A stretch of 64,000 nucleotides of DNA from Balneolales bacterium (GTDB taxonomy: Bacteria; Bacteroidota; Rhodothermia; Balneolales; HLUCCA01): contig JBGTBY010000035.1 of the NCBI GenBank assembly GCA_041749075.1, positions 350,268 through 414,267 on the forward strand, written 5' to 3'. Position 1 is the stretch's first letter. Every line of letters begins with the position of its first letter. Below, one piece after another: positions 39,198-46,943 of the stretch. The notes below the pieces were generated by a model. The model made no database searches. It was not told the origin of the DNA and saw only the letters and a program-made list of their open reading frames with translations. A program made the translations under genes and the position numbers.

Positions 39198-39872
39198 ATG
39201 AACCGAATAATTGCACTTACCCTGTTATTTGTTTTGACGTTTATTTTCGGATGCTCGACTGGAGGGTTAACCGATATTGATGGAAACAGATATAAAACAG
39301 TTCAGATTGGCAATCAGCTATGGATGGCGGAAAATCTTAAGACGACCCGTTACAGCAATGGTGATGAAATCCCAAATGTGATGGGTACTGGCGAGTGGGG
39401 TAGATTAAAAACAGCAGCATGGGCGAATTACAATAGAAACTCTTCACACAACAGGGTGTACGGCAAATTATATAACTGGTATGCTGTGGAAGACAGCCGA
39501 GGTTTGTGCCCATCAGGATGGCATGTGCCAACTGATGAAGAGTGGACTGCTTTGACTGATTTCCTAGGCGTAGGTGCCGGAGGGCAGATGAAAATCGTCG
39601 GTACGAAATATTGGGAATTACCACATGTAGGAGCTACAAATGAAAGCGGCTTCTCAGCCCTCCCAGGAGGATACCGTTATAAGGACGGTTCTTTTAACCT
39701 AATGGGTAATAATGGATTCTGGTGGAGTTCCACCGAAAGTAGTATTAATGGTGCCAAATACCGGTTCCTGAGTACCCACTTTGATTATATACTTCAAAAT
39801 TACTTATTTGATTTACATACCATTGGCGCAAATAAAGGAAATGGCTTCTCCGTTCGTTGCCTTCTGGATTGA
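39198..39872 (+). CDS. FISUMP-domain lipoprotein (Fibrobacter succinogenes major paralogous domain)
   Basis: Lipobox FIFGC. DIDGNRYKTVQIGNQLWMAENL, GKLYNWYA, CPSGWHVPTDEEW, GFSALPGGYR, FWWSST and GFSVRCL match the TIGR02145-type pattern. Confidence 0.8.
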   Translation: MNRIIALTLLFVLTFIFGCSTGGLTDIDGNRYKTVQIGNQLWMAENLKTTRYSNGDEIPNVMGTGEWGRLKTAAWANYNRNSSHNRVYGKLYNWYAVEDSRGLCPSGWHVPTDEEWTALTDFLGVGAGGQMKIVGTKYWELPHVGATNESGFSALPGGYRYKDGSFNLMGNNGFWWSSTESSINGAKYRFLSTHFDYILQNYLFDLHTIGANKGNGFSVRCLLD

Positions 39873-39995
39873 CATGAGGTCGCTTTGTCTTCAGCCCGCG
39901 TTCGAGTAGGCGGGCGCGGGAAAACGGTTGAGCCATGTTGTGCACGTCATACTGTTTTGTGGTTGCAGTTATAGATGAATTTCAATACAGCCAGA

Positions 39996-40661
39996 TCATA
40001 TGATTTTCCTAGTGCAATCTTCATTATAGCCAGTGATCCAAATCTCCATAAATCTAGTGTCAAATAATTGGGTGTGATGCTCTGCGATTAGCTTCTCTAT
40101 TACATCCGCAAAGGATAATCCATGAGTTCTATTTGCATCAAGCAGTAATATTAGGTTGCCTTTTCTATGCAACGGTATTGAGCTAGCCTTATTATCAATT
40201 GATGTCATTAATAACTTACAAGCATCGTCAATAGATAATTGAAGTGACAAATACTTATTATAAGCAAGTTCTTTCATCTTTTGGGAATCAGAAAAAGCGC
40301 GAGTTACCTGAATATATAACTCCTCATCTCCATCTACTGCAATACAATCAACGTTCTCAATTAAGTTCCCAACTTTATCAATACATCTATCAAACTGATT
40401 TAAATCATAATTTAGTTGGTGTTCTCTATTGTATGCATTTATAAAATTTTGGCAGGTTCTTTTTGTATCGCTTTCTCCTGGCCGGGTACCACCCCTAATC
40501 GTTATGCATAATTCACGCTTTACTATTTTGGATTCGTTCGCAATACCATCTCTTGGAGTTTCAGATTGGGATATTTCTTTGTTGTATTTATCAGTATGTT
40601 TAAACATACTATGTTCTCTTGCCTCAATAGATTCCGTGAACTTTAATAAGATTTTTTTCAT
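39996..40661 (-). CDS. hypothetical protein (221 aa), island orphan
   Basis: Long open frame in AT-rich DNA. No confident motif. VDCIAVDGDEELYIQVTR is only vaguely PD-(D/E)xK-like. Confidence 0.5.
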   Translation of the reverse strand: MKKILLKFTESIEAREHSMFKHTDKYNKEISQSETPRDGIANESKIVKRELCITIRGGTRPGESDTKRTCQNFINAYNREHQLNYDLNQFDRCIDKVGNLIENVDCIAVDGDEELYIQVTRAFSDSQKMKELAYNKYLSLQLSIDDACKLLMTSIDNKASSIPLHRKGNLILLLDANRTHGLSFADVIEKLIAEHHTQLFDTRFMEIWITGYNEDCTRKII

Positions 40662-41025
40662 TTATTTATTGTTAGGTCAAGACAAATTAAGAGGCTTTGA
40701 ACGGATAAGTTTGAGCAAGATATGATAATTATCAACCTTCCAATGATTGAACTGAAACTCTCACTCTTTCTGGTGCAGGTTGTACGTGTTCGGGTGCATG
40801 CCCCTGAATTTGATAAGCCGTGTTTTTCATAACCTCAGAACAATTCGATCCCGTTAATGTGGCTGGCAGCTCGAACAAATTCATCGACTCCTTTATCGAC
40901 TTGCAGATGTTCAACGTAACACAAGTCGACAAGTCCTTTGAAGGAGTGGCATCCTTCGCTGTAGATGACGCTATTCAGTCTGATTTTGCCTCAAATAACG
41001 CAATGGAGCATATTTCTGGGTACAG

Positions 41026-41295
41026 TTAAACAAACAAATATTGAATTGGGATATCCTTTTCGACAACTCCATTATGTAGTAATCGAACATCAGCGATATC
41101 ATTGTTAGAACTCAATGAAATTACTTCACCATGAATGTCGATTTCATACACATTCACAAAGTCATCAAACTCAGTAAATGGTTCAACACGGAATGTTTTA
41201 TAATAAACATTGTCACCAAGAGATAGCTTGGGCGAGTTACTTTTAGTACTCTTTGAAGCGAGATAATTAAATAGATCAACTTTCTTTATTCTCAT
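41026..41295 (-). CDS. hypothetical protein (89 aa), island orphan
   Basis: Open frame starting 2 nt after the stop of the upstream 133-aa gene. No motif recognised. Confidence 0.45.
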   Translation of the reverse strand: MRIKKVDLFNYLASKSTKSNSPKLSLGDNVYYKTFRVEPFTEFDDFVNVYEIDIHGEVISLSSNNDIADVRLLHNGVVEKDIPIQYLFV

Positions 41296-41297
41296 AT

Positions 41298-41699
41298 TTA
41301 CTCCTTAATAACTTTTGCGCTTACAAGTCTGTTTGGAATATCATCAATCCAATGTTCTCCGTCTTTGACAGGTCCGATTAAATATAGAGTGTCGGCATTC
41401 GTATCATCTTTGATAACTCGATACCAGTCTTTATTTAAAGAAATACCATCACTCTCTTCAGCATAGCGATAGACATCGATTCCACCGACTTGATTTGGAA
41501 TTGTCATATTACCATCTGCTCTTGGGTTTGTTACTGCCGCTGAACCACTAGCGACAACAATACATAGTTTATCCTTTGGTATGCTTCTTAAGATATTGGG
41601 AAGTGCTTTATTTTCGAGAATAACTGGTTTCCAATCTAAGGGTGCAAACTTTTGAAATTCTTGAAGTGAAATTCTCTTTTTTTTTAGTGTCATGTGCAA
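41298..41699 (-). CDS. hypothetical protein (133 aa), island orphan
   Basis: Open frame 48 nt downstream of the 307-aa gene. No motif recognised. Confidence 0.5.
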   Translation of the reverse strand: MHMTLKKKRISLQEFQKFAPLDWKPVILENKALPNILRSIPKDKLCIVVASGSAAVTNPRADGNMTIPNQVGGIDVYRYAEESDGISLNKDWYRVIKDDTNADTLYLIGPVKDGEHWIDDIPNRLVSAKVIKE

Positions 41700-41747
41700 C
41701 TAATATTATATATTATCACTATGCGCATTAGCAAATTAATAACATCA

Positions 41748-42671
41748 TTATCTATCAAGCTGAGGCAGAGTAGCTGCAATACGATTTGTGAGTTTTATTT
41801 TTAGATCTTCCGGTGTGTCCCAAATAATGTGATTGTATTGACGAGTATCAAAATGAAGTTTTTTGGCGTGATTTTTTCGACATGTCCATATTACCGGAAT
41901 TCCTAATCCCATTGCGAATCCCGCCTCAAAATATACCCCACCACGATGTCCGGTAAAATCCGCTACAAGTAGGCCTGAACGCCTTATTTCTGCAATGATA
42001 CGATCATCAATCTTATCGTTGTGTTCTTGAAAATCTATTCTATGAGGTTTGAATCTACTTTGTTCTAATGCAGGAATAATGCCTTCTCTATACGCGTCGA
42101 GTAGACTCGCATCAAACCACATTGCAACAAATGCTTGATTGGATTTTATTATTGATTTACCTAGCTCCAACACCCTTTCCCAACCCTTCAAGCCCAATAA
42201 ATAATCCGTTTCGTTCCCTTTCCATTCAATTAGACCTAATTCCCGTGCCTTATCTATATAGTATTTAAACTCTCTTTGATCACGGGCATATACAATTGGG
42301 AAATCATTATTTATGTCTAAATGAACTGCCTCACCTGGAATCTTTGTTTTTCTATGTATATGCTCCAATAGTAGGTTAATTGATTCGAAAGGATCACTTG
42401 GAACACGAGCTAGTTTTATCAATAATTCAACAGTATTGGTCAGAAGTAGTGAATTATCTCCTTGCTCGTACCGATTGCGAATTACTGCAGAAATTAGCCA
42501 ACGGGGGCCATATTGTTCGATATTTCTATCTACTATAGCCCCTAATGTGCGGCTGAGTTGGAAATTGCCGCATCGAGGACACTTGATAGTAATGACATCT
42601 TTTCCATCGCTACTAAAGTGCTTGGCAATATTCTCTAAATGGCATATGGGACAGTTGTTTTTTTCCATCAA
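41748..42671 (-). CDS. Zn-ribbon / winged-helix-like / NDT-like (nucleoside 2-deoxyribosyltransferase-superfamily) Rossmann protein
   Basis: CPICH...CPRCG at the N-terminus. Mid-region ELGLIEW...YLLGLKGWERVLEL. The C-terminal domain QAFVAMWFD...IIAEIRRSGLLVADFTGHRGGVYFEAGFAMGLGIPVIW follows the beta1-(A/P)F ... D/E-x-G-(F/Y)-A-x-G-x-G-x-P-V pattern of the NDT/TIR-like flavodoxin-fold superfamily. Confidence 0.6.
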   Translation of the reverse strand: MMEKNNCPICHLENIAKHFSSDGKDVITIKCPRCGNFQLSRTLGAIVDRNIEQYGPRWLISAVIRNRYEQGDNSLLLTNTVELLIKLARVPSDPFESINLLLEHIHRKTKIPGEAVHLDINNDFPIVYARDQREFKYYIDKARELGLIEWKGNETDYLLGLKGWERVLELGKSIIKSNQAFVAMWFDASLLDAYREGIIPALEQSRFKPHRIDFQEHNDKIDDRIIAEIRRSGLLVADFTGHRGGVYFEAGFAMGLGIPVIWTCRKNHAKKLHFDTRQYNHIIWDTPEDLKIKLTNRIAATLPQLDR

Positions 42672-42754
42672 TGCACTAGGTAAATGGAACTATTAATCTG
42701 TTCAAAGGGCAAAGATAAAAAGATCAATTTGGTACGACTCAGCTGTTTTCGACA

Positions 42755-43066
42755 TTAGGGTTTGCATCGAATCATAATGCTTTTTGTATTGAATGCGCCG
42801 TAGGTAACAAAAGCCCCTTGATTATTAGCGGTTCCGGTACCAAAAGGTACAATTTGTCCCTCACGGTTAAGCAAATCATATCCTTTAGCACCACAAATTT
42901 CGCCTGCCTTTTCAAAACAAACATTAATACCCACGGCAGCGCCATCACAACTTATACTATGCCCCAGGCTACCATCAGGTAGATATGTCTGTTTACTTGT
43001 GGCACATCCAAAAAGAATCGCGAGAAGGAGAATGGAGAATGATATTTGCTGTCTAATAGTGTGCAT
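42755..43066 (-). CDS. small Cys-containing lipoprotein (hypothetical)
   Basis: Start at MHTIRQQ. Lipobox ILFGC. Four further Cys residues. About 100 aa. Confidence 0.5.
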   Translation of the reverse strand: MHTIRQQISFSILLLAILFGCATSKQTYLPDGSLGHSISCDGAAVGINVCFEKAGEICGAKGYDLLNREGQIVPFGTGTANNQGAFVTYGAFNTKSIMIRCKP

Positions 43067-43178
43067 TTCATATCCTTGTTTCTTGTTTAAGCTTAACAAC
43101 TACTCAACCTATAGTACTGCGGTGTGTAGAGAATGTACTCCGTTCAAAACTAACTCGCAATTTCTGAGCCTAATCTTC

Positions 43179-43225
43179 AGTACTTGTTCTTCCTTGAGTA
43201 CTTGTTCTTCCCCGAGTACTAGTTC
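43179..43225. repeat. 18-bp tandem repeat, about 2.6 copies (AGTACTTGTTCTTCCYYG)
   Basis: Units at 43179-43196 and 43197-43214, plus a partial third that runs into the stop codon of the MTHFS gene. Marks the right edge of the AT-rich island. Confidence 0.8.
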
Positions 43226-43787
43226 ACAAATACGGATTAAACACCCCACTTTCCGTAATCAGCACATCCATGGGCACATCGTGCGGATCATGGGGAAGCT
43301 GGTCGACCCAACACGCATCCGGCAGCAGTCCGACTTTGATTCCCGGTGTGCCTTGCAGCATCCGGTCATAGAATCCGGCGCCATACCCCAGCCGGAAGCC
43401 TTGTTTGTCGGCCCCTAGCAAGGGCACGATCCAATGATCGACATCGGACGACGACACAATTGCCCCTCCGATCGGTTCTTCGATGCCGAACCTGTTCACT
43501 TGCATCGGCATGTCCGGATTCCAGACCACCAATTCCATCGAACCAAGATGAGAGTCCACGATCCGAGGCACAACTACCTTCACACCCGAGCTCACAAAAA
43601 ATTCCAACAAATCGCGGGTTTCGATTTCTCCGACGGCCGTTTTCGCTAAATATCCATGCACGCATAGCGGACGACGTTCCAACAGCCAATCGCGTGTGTT
43701 CGCGAGAATGCGCTTGGTCACATCCGCATCCACAGAGTTTCTTATGATTTTTAATTCATTGCGCCAGTGTGATTTATCCATCATCAA
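43224..43787 (-). CDS. 5-formyltetrahydrofolate cyclo-ligase
   Basis: 187 aa with VVPRI and GYGAGFYDR motifs of the MTHFS family. Confidence 0.8.
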   Translation of the reverse strand: MMMDKSHWRNELKIIRNSVDADVTKRILANTRDWLLERRPLCVHGYLAKTAVGEIETRDLLEFFVSSGVKVVVPRIVDSHLGSMELVVWNPDMPMQVNRFGIEEPIGGAIVSSSDVDHWIVPLLGADKQGFRLGYGAGFYDRMLQGTPGIKVGLLPDACWVDQLPHDPHDVPMDVLITESGVFNPYL

Positions 43788-45358
43788 TTGCCGATGTCAA
43801 ATAGGTGATGTTCTGTTAAATCTGCTTTGGCGAAGACCTCAATCAGCCGGTCCCACACATCCAAGCCATGCCGATTCATCACATGGATCATCGCCCATTC
43901 GCGCTCTTGCAGATTTCCGTTCGGGAACAAGGCTTCGCGGATCTGATGCGCCCGGCGGAGTTTCGTTTCCTCTTTCTGTTTCGTGGCGCGAACCAGCTTC
44001 TGCTTCAATTTCTCCAAGGCATTCTGCTGTTCTTTGAGAACACTTTCTGCGGATGCGACCAAGGTCGGATCGATGTCCACCACAAACGCTCCTTTCGAGG
44101 CATGAATCGCTTCCAGTTCATCCTTCCAGGTCTGCACGAACGCATCCACATCGGGGGCGTCGGATGAGCGCATCACGGCCGCTTCCACATCTTCGCTACG
44201 TCCGTGATAGTCACGGATTGCCAATGTCGATTCATCCAGATATCGACGGATGTTCGGCTCGATCAACGTTGCCGACACCCGAGGCAAAATCACCGGCATC
44301 GACCGACCCATCGCCTCATACAACGTTTTCATTTGGGCGTAGTAGGCCACTTCTCCAGGTCCACCCACATACGCGAGTGTCGGCAGCAAGGCATCTTGCA
44401 GAATCGGACGCAGAAACACATTCGGGGAAAACCGCTCCGGATTCGTTCGGATGCGGGAAATGACGTCATCCGTGATCGCATCAATGCGCACGCGCCCTTT
44501 CAGCGGATCATGTTCGAACAACAAGGTCTCCCCCACCAAAGCCTGCTGATGAAACACCTTCCCGATCGCCTCACTCTGCGTCTGAAGCACATCCCTTACC
44601 TCATTCCATCGCTCGGCATACTGCAGCAATGTGGGCTGAAGCAAGGTCTTGAAAGATTTTGGCGTGGATGCGGCCAATACTAGGCCATGTTTCGAAAACA
44701 ATTTGGTCACCAACTCCCCAAACGCTTGCGGATGCATTGTATCTGGCGGTTTCGAGCCATACGCTTGGCGCAGCAGTCCCATCACATCGTCATGATGCAG
44801 CGACGGTGTCAGCGCTTCATCCACCGCATCTAGCAATCGAGACACATCCGCACCGATAGGCATATATCCGGCCGCATGAGGCGCATTCGACCCGGGTTTG
44901 AGGGTATCCGAAAACCATTGTCCTTTGGATGGAAATCCGATCGAAGAAATCTCATCGACATCACTGTCCTCATCCCCCATCCAAAACACCGGAATCACCG
45001 GTTTTCCGGTCGTGGCTTCGGTTTTTCGGGCTTGCACGATCGCTGTCATGATCTTATACATCGTGAACAAGGGTCCGCCGAGAACGGTCAACTGCTGACC
45101 CGTCACAATCACCATCGCATCCTTATCGTGCAATCGATCGATGTTCCGAACCGCTTCGGGATGTGGCTCAAACGGTGAATTGTATTCTTCAAGGGCGGAT
45201 GCGAGAGCGTCACGGTTCCCATCCCATTCAAAGTGGGATGCGGCCTTGGTCAAAGTATCCGGCGCAAGAGGAAAATGAGGATAAAAGGGCGCGAGGGATG
45301 CATCACCCGATGTGAACGCGGTAAACAGGCGACTGAACGGTAGCTCTGAAAACACCAC
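43784..45358 (-). CDS. bshC: bacillithiol biosynthesis cysteine-adding enzyme
   Basis: 524 aa. FLRPILQDALLPTLAYVGGPGEVAYYAQ and the overall layout match the BshC (DUF2317) family as I recall it. Confidence 0.7.
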   Translation of the reverse strand: MVFSELPFSRLFTAFTSGDASLAPFYPHFPLAPDTLTKAASHFEWDGNRDALASALEEYNSPFEPHPEAVRNIDRLHDKDAMVIVTGQQLTVLGGPLFTMYKIMTAIVQARKTEATTGKPVIPVFWMGDEDSDVDEISSIGFPSKGQWFSDTLKPGSNAPHAAGYMPIGADVSRLLDAVDEALTPSLHHDDVMGLLRQAYGSKPPDTMHPQAFGELVTKLFSKHGLVLAASTPKSFKTLLQPTLLQYAERWNEVRDVLQTQSEAIGKVFHQQALVGETLLFEHDPLKGRVRIDAITDDVISRIRTNPERFSPNVFLRPILQDALLPTLAYVGGPGEVAYYAQMKTLYEAMGRSMPVILPRVSATLIEPNIRRYLDESTLAIRDYHGRSEDVEAAVMRSSDAPDVDAFVQTWKDELEAIHASKGAFVVDIDPTLVASAESVLKEQQNALEKLKQKLVRATKQKEETKLRRAHQIREALFPNGNLQEREWAMIHVMNRHGLDVWDRLIEVFAKADLTEHHLFDIGN

Positions 45359-45942
45359 TACCCTTTCAATTTGTTCAGCTCATCGCGAATTTTGGCGGCA
45401 CGCTCGTAATCTTCCGCTGCGATGGCCGATTGCAATTGTTTCTCCAAAGTAGACACCCGGGAATCCCCTTCCGGCGTTTCTTTTACTGTGGTGGACATCT
45501 CCACAGAATGCTCCGGCGCACCTTCGATTTTGGCTTCGGACGTGATGCCGGCTTCATCCAAAATAACCGATGAGACAAAAATAGATGCATCAAAACGGAT
45601 CGCTAGGGCGATCGCATCGCTCGGACGAGCGTCGAGTTCCATGTCTTGTCCGTCGGCTTCGAGAGTCACTTGTGCGAAAAAGGTGCCGTCACGAAGTTCA
45701 TTGATCAAAATGGATTTCACATAGGAACCGAAACCTTGGATCACGCTGCGAAGCAGATCGTGGGTCATGGGTCGGGGCGGCTTGATGCGCTCGAGCTCCA
45801 AGGCGATGGCTTGGGCCTCAAAGGTTCCGATGATGATGGGCAGCCGCCGACTTCCGTCGATCTCATTGAGAATGAGGGCGTAAGCGCCACCACTGCTGGG
45901 GCTCGTGGAGAGCCCTAAAATGTCCATCTGAATGCGTTCCAA
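45358..45942 (-). CDS. bifunctional nuclease (DUF151) with a C-terminal UVR motif
   Basis: LPIIIG..EA.AI...L......RPMTHDL pattern of BFN/DUF151, and a C-terminal EDYERAAKIRDEL UvrB/C-type motif. Confidence 0.75.
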   Translation of the reverse strand: MERIQMDILGLSTSPSSGGAYALILNEIDGSRRLPIIIGTFEAQAIALELERIKPPRPMTHDLLRSVIQGFGSYVKSILINELRDGTFFAQVTLEADGQDMELDARPSDAIALAIRFDASIFVSSVILDEAGITSEAKIEGAPEHSVEMSTTVKETPEGDSRVSTLEKQLQSAIAAEDYERAAKIRDELNKLKG

Positions 45943-46025
45943 AACGATAGCTGACGGGATAAGTGAAGCGGATAAAGGAACTTGAATCTAACCTTTTTTT
46001 CAGAGCCTTTAAACTGTTTCCTTGT

Positions 46026-46054
46026 TTGACATTCTAGGGGGTTCCCCCTAATTT
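46026..46054 (+). promoter_or_regulatory. sigma70-like promoter of nuoA with a palindrome in the spacer
   Basis: TTGACA (46026-46031), a 17-nt spacer, then TAATTT (46049-46054), 25 nt before the nuoA ATG. The perfect palindrome TAGGGGGTTCCCCCTA (46035-46050) fills the spacer. Confidence 0.4.
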
Positions 46055-46078
46055 TAGGCTTCTTTTTAAAGCGAACAC

Positions 46079-46453
46079 ATGTTTGAATTATACTTCCCCA
46101 TTGCCGTTCTCGCGGTCGTTGCTTTTGTGTTGAGTTTGTTGCTGATGTTCCTGTCCGAAATCATCGGTCCGAAACGTCCCAACAAGATCAAACTCTCTCC
46201 TTACGAAAGCGGGATGGATCCTTATGGGCAAGCCCGGGACCGCTATTCTGTATCATTTTATCTCGTCGCCGTCGAGTTCATCGTGTTCGATTTGGAAGTG
46301 GTTTTCATCTACCCCTGGGCTGTCCGTTATTTGGAGCTGCCTGTTGAAACGTTTTGGGCGATGGCGGTATTCATAGCCGTATTGCTGCTCGGTTTGGTCT
46401 ACACCTTGAAGAAAGGTACCCTCGAATGGGATTCACAAACTTCTTTATCCTGA
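46079..46453 (+). CDS. nuoA: NADH-quinone oxidoreductase subunit A
   Basis: 124 aa, 3 TM, with PYESG and FDLE motifs. Confidence 0.9.
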   Translation: MFELYFPIAVLAVVAFVLSLLLMFLSEIIGPKRPNKIKLSPYESGMDPYGQARDRYSVSFYLVAVEFIVFDLEVVFIYPWAVRYLELPVETFWAMAVFIAVLLLGLVYTLKKGTLEWDSQTSLS

Positions 46454-46457
46454 TTTC

Positions 46458-46943
46458 ATGTCCTATCAACAACAATTGAACGACCAGGGCTTCCTCACCA
46501 CCAGTGTGGACGCCTTGGTGAACTGGAGCCGTTCGAACGCCGTTTGGCCGATGCCGATGGGCCTAGCCTGTTGCGCCATCGAAATGATGGCCTTCGCCGG
46601 ACCCAAGTACGACGCCTCCCGTTTCGGCTCCGAAGTGTTCCGCTTCTCCCCTCGCCAAAGCGATCTGATGATCGTGGCCGGATGGTGCACCTATAAGATG
46701 TCGCATGCCATCCGCCGTATCTGGGATCAGATGCCGGATCCGAAGTGGTGCATCGCCATGGGCGCGTGCGCATCTACTGGCGGTATGCACCGCTGTTATG
46801 GCGTGGTTCAGGGCATCGATAACTTCTTACCTGTGGATATCTATGTGAGCGGATGTCCGCCACGTCCGGAGACTTTGATCAACGCATTGATCCAGATTCA
46901 AGGCAAAATCAAGGAATATCCTACAACCGCACTCGACGCATGA
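46458..46943 (+). CDS. nuoB: NADH-quinone oxidoreductase subunit B
   Basis: [10 protein letters not shown] and GACASTGG / SGCPPRPE Fe-S motifs. Confidence 0.95.
   Translation: MSYQQQLNDQGFLTTSVDALVNWSRSNAVWPMPMGLACCAIEMMAFAGPKYDASRFGSEVFRFSPRQSDLMIVAGWCTYKMSHAIRRIWDQMPDPKWCIAMGACASTGGMHRCYGVVQGIDNFLPVDIYVSGCPPRPETLINALIQIQGKIKEYPTTALDA

Larger units (their letters stand above)
38990..43223. other. AT-rich accessory island (no mobility gene recognised)
   Basis: An abrupt, visible drop in G+C relative to both flanks. All seven ORFs are non-housekeeping. Flanked by tmk/pspC-like on the left and MTHFS/bshC on the right. Confidence 0.6.

Noticed and set aside
39894-39915. tRNA-like GTTCGAGT sequence and GC hairpin downstream of the FISUMP gene, considered as a possible tRNA fragment or att site
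   Set aside because: The stem (GCCCGC/GCGGGC) encloses a 10-nt loop, not a 7-nt T-loop. No acceptor, D or anticodon arms can be drawn, and no matching repeat exists at the other island edge. At most it is a weak terminator without a U-tract.
40732-41029. 66-aa (minus) and 69-aa (plus) overlapping ORFs in the cassette gap as real genes or a transposase remnant
   Set aside because: Both use non-ATG starts, overlap each other on opposite strands and show no motif I recognise. The region is reported as an unexplained gap instead.
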